Below are positions 19,034 to 31,000 of a stretch of 64,000 nucleotides of DNA, one piece after another. Location of the stretch: positions 124,001 through 188,000 of the IMG/VR virus record IMGVR_UViG_3300025009_000050. One strand, written 5' to 3'. Below the pieces are notes generated by a model. That model saw nothing but the letters and a program-made list of their open reading frames with translations, had not been told where the DNA came from and ran no database searches. Position numbers and translations under genes: made by a program. Numbering within the stretch: the stretch's first letter is position 1; every line of letters begins with the position of its first letter.

Positions 19034-22000
19034 CTAGAATACATCGTAAGCTATTAACTCTAAATATTTAATACCAACTGATTTTCCACCAGCAGCATAG
19101 TTACAAGCATCATTTTGTATTCTTACTTTAACATTACAATGATCCCCGCTAGTAAGGCCAGACACTTGGAAGTAAGAACTATATGCATCTCTCTGATCGT
19201 TCACAGCACCATAGGTGTGCGGCATTTTCCACTCGTATACTAATATAGTATCGCTCGCAAGCTCTACCCTCACTCTAGGAGCTATGGTCGCGCTAGCGTC
19301 AGTGTTGGTTATATCATCGCTATAAATAGCATATAGCCTATAGTATCTATTAGCACTGGTTTGCACAGATGGCAATGCGTACCCAAATGGTCCATACGCA
19401 AAAACCATGGTTTCCCATGTTGTACTATCTGTCTGGAACTGTAAGTCACCAGCTATCCCATACAGAGGTCTACGATGAACTATTTCATATTGACCTTGCT
19501 GCTTAACTTTACCGTCTACTAATATACCTCCATCAGATAACATTATCTTATCCAAGGCAGCCAAGTCTTCGTGTGGATGGGTTGCATAATTCAATGATAA
19601 CTTAGATTCCTGAATCTTGGCGTTACTAGCTATGTGTTCATCTATGATGGAGAATGCCTTAATCTTATCAGCTGTTATAGCTCCATTAGCTATATGGCTA
19701 GTCTGTATACCAGTGTGTTTAGGCTCTTGTGAATCCCAAGATTCAATTGCAAAACCAGTATACTTGTCAGCAGCAGGAGCCATGCGCCAATAAGTTGGGT
19801 TAACACCCTTCTCCATAGTAACGTTAGTAACCATAGCAGCACCTTGCTCAAATCTCCATTTCCTATCTCCAATCTCTCCACCTGTACCACCTTCACCATC
19901 AACAGCGTCTGCTCGTCCTTCAAGTGTAGTTTGAAATCTTAATCTATACCTGACAGGAACTTGGTTGTTCGGAATACCTAAATCCTTATCTACTCGGAGT
20001 GAATCATAAGCTCCAGATAGGACCTGTGTACCACGACCAAGATATTTGCGAGCCTTATATGGTGAAATCTTAGCAGTGTACCAAGTAAATAACTCTACTG
20101 GATTCAATGAAGGAGACGCAACAATTTGACTATTCATCTGTAATAACTGCAAGTCTTCAAGCTTAATGACGTCGAAGTTTACACGACCTTGCTGTTGTAC
20201 AAGCTTGATAGTATGTTCTCCTGGTAATAGATCTTGAGAGATCTGTGAGAAGCGCTCTACCTTAGTAGACATTTGTGAGATAGAATGGGTAAGGTTGTTA
20301 TCCAAATAGATATTTACATTACCTAATCCAATGTCAGCAATCCAACCTATATACCAATCGCAACGATAATCGTTAGTAAATGTCCATTGAATCCAAGCAC
20401 CAGTTACATCGCTTTCTGCAACAGATGCATCCATATCGGCAATACCAGTATTGGGATTCCTGTGAGCTATACAAAGTGGTAAACTTGAAAGATCCTCTTG
20501 AACGAACTTATAAACAATGCGTACTTCTTCGCCATCAGCAATTGTAGAATCGGCAGTTCTCCATAAGATGTTGGCCATATAGTCATACACATAGTCGTAA
20601 CCAGTTGTGTCTAATACGGCATAAGGCAGATGGGTTGTTACATTCCTATAACCTACGCCTTTATACAATGTATTTTCATAAGCATTGTACACCGAAACTT
20701 CTCCACGGAGATCGTGACTACCATCTGTACCTGAGTAATATAATCTGTATCTTACTCTTTCTGATGGTCTTGTAGTTGGATTGAGTGGATCTATATTAGT
20801 GATTGAAGGATCGTCAAAACGTTTAGCTGTAGTGCCACCTAGAGTTACGAAAGTTTCACGTTTACTTTCTGAATCCCATATTGTATTTGATGCAAACGTA
20901 TAGCTTCCAACTTTCCAGTCTCCCATTACTTTGATCTGTTTCCACTGGTTAGTTGTATTGTCAAGAGTACTACGTATATATCTAACTCTTTTCGGCCCTT
21001 CGTAGTCACTATTATAGGTCTTCTGGAATGTTATTTGATAACTTGGACCAACAGCCAGAAGTCCATTGAATACTTCTACCCATGCCACATTATCCTCAGA
21101 GATCTCAACCTTTGCGTTATTTACTAATATACCATGATCTATGGTTATATTATTGGCATAGTATACAGCTCCTAAATCGATAGTGAGATTTTGAGAACCC
21201 ACTGGCAATACTACTGTAGAACCATCTGTCTTCTTGACGTTATCAGTTTCACCACTAATCGGTATAGCACTTGGAGTTATTGACGCTACTGGAACCCTAT
21301 CTGAATAAGCAGAATATACTAATCCCTTGACCTCTGGAACTTGATACAGTTTAGTATTATCTTGTTTAAGCCAATAAGGAGTAGCATCTTCGTACAAAGG
21401 TTTACCATAGTCGTGTATTGGTCTCCAAGGATCTATGTTATCATTGTCAACATAAATAAACTTAGGAACTAATTCATCTAATTGCATACGAACCCACTGG
21501 TTCTCTGGACGTGGCCACTTCCAGAAGAAGTCTGCAGACACTACAGAGTCACTGTAGTTACGCTTATTAGGGTGATAATAATATCTCACTTTCAAACAAT
21601 GACGGTATTTAACAGTAACACTATTGCCGCTTGGGATAGCGCTATTGACAGTTCTTGCAATGGTATTATTGACACGATCAATAATATAGTCTGTGTTTTC
21701 AATATATTCTCCAGCTGTCTGCCCAAGAGGATATACGGTAATAGTGTTATAGTTCTTACCATTGGCTATCATAGTAACAGCAGTGGTATCAACTAATACG
21801 GTATTCTCTATCTTCCCAGATGCGGGGATCGTGTCACCCAATCTACTGACCTCGTTTACATCATAGTTGACTACATAATGAACGCCTTCTATATAGATGA
21901 TGCTAACATCAGTAGCCGATATAAGCTGGATACGTCTTTTCTCTTGTCCGGTTATGTCTTTAAAATCAGCTACGTCCTCAGTAAGCTTTAGTGGGATACC

Positions 22001-25000
22001 TTGTTGCAATTCAATCAGTTCTGTATAATACTCACATGCTCCATCAGAATTATTAACAAATTGATATATATCCTGCTCTATCCTAGCGTAAGCATTATAC
22101 ATGCCCATTACAGTTAACTGTGCGTATCCTTGTTTTCCTTGTAATTTACTAGAAGGCCAGAATTCAACACTTGAGAAACTAGTGAGTGTTTTATCAGCAC
22201 CACGAGTCCAATTAGATCTGGTTGGCATCCAATATTCAGCGCCGTACTTATGTGTTATTCCGCTATTATCAAGATATGCATCACCAGTAAATGGGTTTCC
22301 TTCTCCATAAGCATAAATGCCTTCTGGTCCATGTGCAGACGTATACCATTTTTCACCATCAGCAGATACCGCGATGTGGTATGGATTGTGACCAGTCATA
22401 GCCCAGTCTACTACGGTATCTGTAGTAGAATTAATAATAGCTACTGTTCCTTCTCCAGAGCATCCTACGTATATGAAACCATACACAGGATTATAAGCTA
22501 TCGGTCTTGGGCCAGAGCCCACATCAATTCGTTTTTCAATTGTATTAGTAGCTATATTAACAATGAGTACTGTATCGGAGCTATAGTTAGTCACATACAA
22601 TTTACTACCTACGTTTACCATTTGTAACGGGCCTTCATCACAAGAAATAATTTGTATTATATCTAACGTATTAGCGTCAATTACATACAGCTCGTCTGTA
22701 TCAGAGCATGTAGCATACAATGTACTTCCAACTAGCTTTAGATATTTCGGCTTACCGTTAAGATAAGCTGAATTAACCACTATATGATCAGCTACACTAG
22801 CCTTCTGTACCATCTTACCATCATAACAAGCCGCATATACATATTTATCATCGCTAGATATCTCTATACCCATTGGTCTATCAGCAACATGTATATGGCC
22901 TTCAACTAATTTAGTGCCAACATCTATAATAGTAATAAAGTCTGGAGTGTTCTGATCATCCTCATCATCGTTAGACACAAAAACTTTAGTCTTAGCGTTA
23001 TTGATTTTGATATCGAATGGTTTATTCCCTACGTCCTCTATCTTTTCCCACACCAATTCATTAGACCAATTATTTGTATCCCTGATTGTGATATCATTAG
23101 TAGCTCTATTCACAATCCAAACATATCTGTTATCAGTTATAATTATGCCAGATGGATTATAATGATAGAACTTTTGTGTAGTATCAAATGTATCATCCGT
23201 AGCATAAAAGTTATCAGATGAGTTATAGCCCCAGATTCTATTAGCACCTAATGGGTATGTGTGGTAGTGGTGATTGGGTACATATAGTTTAGTGCCATCA
23301 GTACTTATAGACACACCAGATGGGTTAGAGCCAGCTTCTATTCTTTGAATCTCTATGAGTTCACCAGTTTGATAACTAAGGACGGATACCACGCAACGAG
23401 CTGTGCATGTTACATATATGATTGGTTGAGTTGGGTGAGGACACAATGTAGTTGATCCATAGAAGTTTTGTCTTCCTACCTCCATTGCTAACGTCTGAGC
23501 GGAAAGCTTATCTGTCATTGTCTTATCAATGTATGTCATCATGACACCAGTGTCTTTATTCAGAATAGCAATATAACCATCAGTTTCAGAAGCAGAAGAG
23601 AAGCAAATATTCCCATCGGGCAGAGTTCTTAAATCGTGAATAATACCCCTATTGCCATCGTATGGTAGAATACTGAACTTTCTACATGAAGCAAATGGAG
23701 TAGCAAAATCAGCTGGAATCTCGTAGACATAATCAGATACTACGCCACCTACATAGATTTTACTGTAGTCTTGAGAAATCCAAATTGGTTGAGGAATGAC
23801 AGGAATACCACGAACATCAGTTAACATCATAATAGCTACTACTCTCATATTAACTATATCTATCTTATAAACATTATCATCAAGAGAGATAGTTACGTAT
23901 GCATAACCTTTATCGTCACATATTACCTTAGATGGGAATTCACCTACATCAATGACACCAATTCTAGTCCAGTTTGCTGGATCTGAATCTGATGTATCAA
24001 ATACAACCATATCCCATGGAGCACGTTTACGGTCAATGTCATCACCGCATACTACAAGCCTAGCTCCCATAGGAGCATTAGGTAGTAACGAGGTAGCCGA
24101 TTGAGCAGGAGTAAATGCAGCTCCAAATAGGCCACCTTTCCATGATTTCAAATTACGTACTAGATTCCCATCCTTATTAATCACAGTCACAAAGTTATCG
24201 GCATCATTAGGGATTACGCAATGTCCAGTTATGGGATGTACTGCACTCCATTGTGGGTTAAACGATACACGAGTTATATTAGGCCAATTAGGATCACTTA
24301 GATTCTCTGGGTCATACAAATTTAAAGTCCCATCAGGATTAACGTTATACGTATATACAGTATGAGGATTTCTAGTAGGATAGTCAGGCCATCCAGCATA
24401 GTGATATGTGGGGTTAGATACTGCACCACCAGATGATTGAGCACGTCCAAGAAATACTTCGTCCTGATTTAACTGCTTAAGTCCATATCTATCAGATGCC
24501 ATATTAAAGTTACCATTACCAACATAGTTATTAGATGTAACAACACCCATATCTAAGCCTTTAACGCGAAGATACCCTCCGCCTATTAACACTTCACCAG
24601 TCTTATCACTGTGTACGGTGATAGCACCATTATATACATCAATGCCACCTGGGTTAATTGAAACGTTATCAACATAACCATTAAGAGTCTCGTTCCATTG
24701 TTTGATTACGATACCAGATGCTCCACCGCCATGGTCTGCAATAGTTAATTGTCCATCATTGATCACGTTAGCGTTAAGACCTGTACCTGTTAATGCAGGA
24801 TCATATGTCACACCACTATCTGTAGATATATATAGACCAAGGTTGTTAAGGCGGACTACTCTATCGTTATATTCATCGGTATTGTCATATAAGTAAATAG
24901 CATTCGATGTACCGTCAAGGTACACATTACTTGATGCACCTACTGACAAGTTACCAAGTATAGTACCACTAGTAGCTGTAATATCACCATATAGCTTAGC

Positions 25001-28000
25001 CCCAGTTCTATCTACCTTGAAAAACTCTGTTAATACGCTGTATGAATCATAACCCCAGCAAGATATATACCCGCCTGCTGCTTCGTTGTATGTCATTTCA
25101 ACACGAGCAGAATTTCTTGAACCAGCAATAACACTACCTTCACTAATGACAAGGTCTGATCCACTACTAATAAATGAATCAGCCTCTACGACAATACTAC
25201 CCTTAAAATAAGCATCACCAGGATTGATTGTAGTCCCATCGGCACCAATAAACTGTGGTTTGGAACTGATCCAAAACACACTACCAGAAACCCCAACCCC
25301 AGGACCAGCCCAGATACCATCGTTACTAGCATTAATTCTTCCAGATCCAACACCAAATTCTCCACTAGTAGCCTTCACACTTCCTGTTAAGTTAACATTT
25401 CCTGCTTCTAATAAACCATTATCTGAAATCTTGAACCCTGTTCCACCGGATATAAATCCATTTGTTTGTATATGGTGGTCGCCAATTGTCAAGCCACCTA
25501 TGGTTCCTTGATTAGCAGCAATACCTGAGCTATTCAAAATAGTATTACCAGCTTTAAGACCATAGCTAAGTCCGTCATATTTACCAAAGATAACTTCTGC
25601 AGTATCCACATTATATACCGAAATTGTTTCTGCTGTTGGATTAAGTCTTATAACATTATTGACACTATGAAGATCTGTATTCACAACCCAGCTACCAACA
25701 CTACCACTAGTAGCTGTAATCTTTCCAGTCAAATCAACATTAGTAGCAGTTATAGTTCCAGTAGTTGTGGTACCATCAAGTGTAATGTTAGTGCCAATCC
25801 TAATTTTCCCAGTATTATCAAGTACAAGATTAGAAGCTTTTAAGTCAGTTGAACTAATAATCCATCCACCAATATCACCTGCTACTGCCTTAATACCATA
25901 ATTAGTAGTATCATATTTACCTAGTATAGCTTGGGCAGTTGTTCCATTCTTAACCTCTATTCTATCGCTATAGGTTGTTACGTATCCAGCAACAATTGTT
26001 CCTGTGCCAGTCACAGCTATCCCGCTTGTTCCAGCTACTCCTATACCAGAGCTGTTCAATGTTACATTACCGAAAGTAACACTAGTTGATTCAACGGTTA
26101 GTCCTCCAATAGTACCACTAGTAGCTGAGATAGAACCAGAAATAGTAGCACTGCTAGCAGTCAATGTTCCATCAGTACTAACAGAAAACTTCGTACCAAG
26201 GGTAATAGACCCTTGAGTCATGTTAAGTCCAGTACTATCTAATTTAGTAGTACCGGCGAATATACCGTAGCTAGTTCCATTATATCCTAGTGTCACTTGG
26301 AGTATATCTGATGCATTATTCACAACTATTCTATCGTTCTTAACAATTACTTTTCCAGATACGATAGTCCCAGTACCACTTACAGTAAGGCCAGTAGAGT
26401 TGACTGTTATTCCGTTTGTTGAGCTTCCAAAGTATCCAGACGTTGCATTGATTGCACCAGTCACGGTAGCAGAAGTGGCTGTCAAAGCTCCAGCAGAAGT
26501 TACTGCGAATACACCTGAGTTTATACTTATTGAACCCTGATTCATTGTTATTCCACTGCTATTAAGAATAGTGTTCCCAGCTTTAATTCCAAAGTTACCA
26601 GTTGTATATTGGCCAACTATGACTTCTGGGGTAGTACCGTTCAGCACCTTAAGTGTTCCAGTACTGATTGTAATACCATCTATTCCAGTAACGGTAATAC
26701 CAGATGATCCACTGACTGTAATCCCTGTACTACCTAACACTACATTACCACCTGACACAGACATCCCAGTACCTACTGTAAGTGTTCCAGTAGTAATAGT
26801 TGAAGCGTTAATTCCATTACCATCTATTGCAGTTGATCCATCAGTTGTCTGAACAGATATGGCTCCACCTGTAATGGTTAATCCAGTGCTGTCTAACTGG
26901 ACAACTTTAGTTGGAGATATCAGCGCATTGGCAGTTCTTATGTAATTACTAGTAGATGATGATTTAATAGTAACGAGTCCATTATCGCTTGTGAGAGTAT
27001 CAGTACTTAGAGTCCAACCACCTACTGTACCAGCAGTAGCTGTTAGTGTGCCATCACTTGCTACGATGAACTTACCAGAATTAAGATTAATGCTGGCTCC
27101 TGAACCTGTGATTGTTAAGCCTGAACTACTTAATACTGCTGTACCTGAAGTTATTGTTCCGCTTCCAACTACATCTAAACCAGTAGATCCAACACTAATA
27201 CCATCAACACTACCGCCGAAATAACCACTAGTTGCATTGACTGCACCTGTGATGGTTGCACTTGTAGCAGTAAGAATACCTGTATTTGTTACTGTAAATA
27301 CACCACTACCTATGTCTATAGAACCTTGCCCTATTGTAATACCACTTGAATCTAATGTGGTGCTACCAGCTTTTATTCCATACTGGCCTGTGGTATACTG
27401 ACCTATAGTTACTTGGGTTATATTTTCGTTATTATCTACCTTGAGAGTGCCCTCTTTAATCCTAATACCGCCAGCACCTGATACGTAGATACCAGAATCT
27501 CCACTAATAGTTACCCCTGAACTACTTAACACTACATTTCCACCTGATACAGACATAGATCCTGTAACACTTAGCGTACCAGTAGTAATCTTCCCAGCAT
27601 CCAATGAAGCTATCTCAGCACTAGTAACTGATAATCCAAGGCCAGTAATCTTGTTAGTCCAGATACTTCCACCATCACTTGAAATAGAAAGTCCACTACT
27701 GTCAATTCTCACCATGTTAGTGGTGCCATCTATAGTATCTTTATCTTGTACGCTTAATCCATTTGTATCAATAAAGAATCTATTCCCAGTGCCTCCAGCT
27801 TTCGTAGCAATGCTAACTGAGTTAGCATCTATTGTGCCAGCACTTATTACTGAAGCATTAAGACCGTCTGTCGAAATCATAGAAGTTGTGATCGTCTCTG
27901 CTGCTATATTACCATTATTAATTGTCACAGTACCAGTAGGGTCCACTACTGTTAATTTACCGCCAGTGATAATAATCCCCTCAGAAGTAATGAGTACATT

Positions 28001-31000
28001 ATTCTGAGCACCATTCATTTCTTCTGGGTTTCTAGTCCATGCTGTAGCTATATCACCTTCTTCTAATTGGACGCATGTAGCTGAAAATTCTCCAGCACAT
28101 TCATTAAGGTAAACTCTAACCTTAATAAAATTTACAGTCCAGTTAGGAGCTAGTGGAGTAAGAGACATGATTTTCTGTACACGCTCAAATTCACTCTCTA
28201 CAGTGCAACTTCCGACTAATGATATCCTTTCAAACTGGTCTACATCACTAACACCATTATTGTACTGATAATGCAGTTCAACCAATAGTTTGTTAGATGA
28301 GGTTGTTCCCATCACTACGTTTTTCCATTTTACCCAGGCGCTTAGTGCAAGAGTTTTTCCAGCATAATCGTTACTTATTGTCTGCTCGTAACCTCTAGTA
28401 ACTGCTGTAACATCATTAACATAAAAGCATTTTCTGCTCCAACGGAACCCATAAGTACTTGGTCTAGTTGGTTCTGTCCCAATTGCTGTCCAGTTAAGAC
28501 ATGATCCCTCTACATCATTAAAGAAGAAGTCACTATTTTTTAAGACGTTATACCCACCAAAACCTACATTAAGTTTATCAGCACTGATAGAAGTAATCTT
28601 AGAGCTGTTAATAAATAGAGTATCTGCTGTCGCATTAATAGCTTGTATCACTGTGGACTTAAGTATATCTGTACTTATAGAACCTGCAGTAATGACAGCT
28701 GCATCTAAATTTGTTATGACAGCTCCATCAATATATGCTTCTCCAAATCGTGCGTTGATTGCATCAATAACTCCTGCTTTCATTCTGTCGGCATTAATGT
28801 ATCCAGCATTAATCTTTTCAGCACTTAGATCACTTATCTTAGCATTTGTTATTGAAGCATCAGCAATGAGAGCAGTACTAATTTGAGCTGTACCAATCTT
28901 AGCTGTGGTGATTGCTGCGTCCTTAATGTTAGCTGTATCGATCTGAGCTGTGCCTACTTTAGCAGTAGTTATGGCCGCATCAGCTATCTGTGCTGTTCCG
29001 ATAGTAGCATCTGCTATATTAGCATTAGTTATTGTTGCTAATGCAATTTTTGCACTAGTGATAGTAGCATCGGCTATGTTAGCAGAAGTGATTGTTGAGA
29101 AAGCTATATTTGCATTGGTAATTGTGGCATCAGCTATTTGAGCATTAGTGATTGTAGCGAGCTGTATATTAGCGGCTGTTATGGTAGCATTAGCGATATT
29201 GGCGCTAGTAATAGTGGCAAGCGCTATGTTAGCACTTGTTATGGTAGCATTGGCGATATTAGCATTTGTGATTGTAGCATCCGCTATGTGTGCACTAGTA
29301 ATAGCCGCATCAGCAATATTAGCAGACGTAATAGCAGCAATTCCTATAATAGCTGAATCCGCAGTTATCGTGCCAGCAGCCAACATATTGGCAGTAATAC
29401 TTCCTGCCTCAATTCTACCTGCACCCAAATATCCAGTTGTAATCTTTCCGGCATCTAAGCTAACAACATGAGCATTTGTTATTGAAGCATCAGCAATTAA
29501 TGCTGATGTTATAGATGCATTTTGTATGTTGGATGTCATTATAGTTGCTGTTGCTATTTGCGCATTGGTTATAGCTCCATTAGCAATGTTCGCTGTATTT
29601 ATTGCTGCATTTGATATGTGGGCATTAATTATTGCAGCATCCTGAATATTGGCAGTACCAATAGCTGCTGTTGCTATTTGTGCGGAAGTAATAGTAGCCA
29701 GTGCTATATTGGCCGAAGTTATGGTAGCACTAGCAATTTGTGCGGAAGTAATAGTCGCATTCCTGATTACAGCCCCATCTATGGTTGCTGTACCGAGATT
29801 AGCGTTAATTGCATCTACAACATTAGTCTGAATCCTATCAGCTGATATATCTCCAGCTGTAATATGACTAGCATTTAGATCACCTATATGAGCCTGATCT
29901 ATTACTGCACTACCTATATTCGCGTTAATAGCATCAACTACGCTTGCACTGATTGCGTTAGCATTAATAACACCAGCATTTATCTGCTCAACAGTCAAAC
30001 TTTGTACGTATGCATTAATAGCTTGTATTATATTAGCCTGAATCCTACCGGCTGCTATATCGCCAGCAACTATATGACTAGCATTCAAGTCTCCAATTCT
30101 AGCATCATTGATCGTTAACCCAGAGTTACATGAATCATTTATAGCTTGGATAACGATATCCTTAATATTGCTCACCAAAAGTGGTGCTATCTTTTCAGGA
30201 TCTATTATAGAATCTGGATTAGCGTTAATGGCATCTATCACAGAATCAACAATTGTAGCGTAATTAATAGTACCAGTAATGTTTTCCCCAGGTATTGATA
30301 TACCCTCAAGAGTATAAGAATGATTAACTGTGTTTACTGTTATTTTGCCGAAGCTTCCAACTCTAGTATACGTACCAGCAACTTCGGATATTTGCGGATT
30401 CTTGTCATAGTAATTACCCACTAAAGACAAGTTACGATACAGTTTGAGTGCATTACTATTAATACCGTAATCCTCTGTCACAGCATAAAAAGCATCATAG
30501 CTACAAAGTATAGCTACTGATTGTGCATAATCGAAATATGACTGAGCCACTTCTTGTGTCTGATTATGGTCTATAGTCGCTACACCAAATATCTTGGTGC
30601 CTAAGTTATTACGATATGTGATTAAGCTCTTTGCGTATTCAATTGAATTGATATACGCATTCACTGATGTAGTATCAACTGCTATATTTTCATGAAGATA
30701 TATATCTCTTTTATCAATCAGTGAATTAGTATAGTCAGGATTGTATTGTGCATTGTAGGCACTTCCGAATGTATCTACAGCATGAGTAGATTGTACAAAT
30801 GCTGACAGTTCACGACTATGCAAGAAATTGATAATATCATTTTGACGAGCTCTTGACACTCCAAAATCATATCCAAAGTTGTATAAGAATACGCCATCAA
30901 CACCAAGAACATCCCATGCAGATATCTTAGTTTCTATTTGAGTTAGGTTAAAGTTAGATGTAATAACGCCTACATCAATATATCCATATAATTTAATATC

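Noticed and set aside
28850-30100. Periodic DNA as a CRISPR array, or as a Qnr/MfpA-type gyrase-protecting pentapeptide protein
   Set aside because: The repeats are degenerate, in frame and lack unique spacers. They are embedded in a giant tail protein and do not follow the A(D/N)LxX consensus closely.
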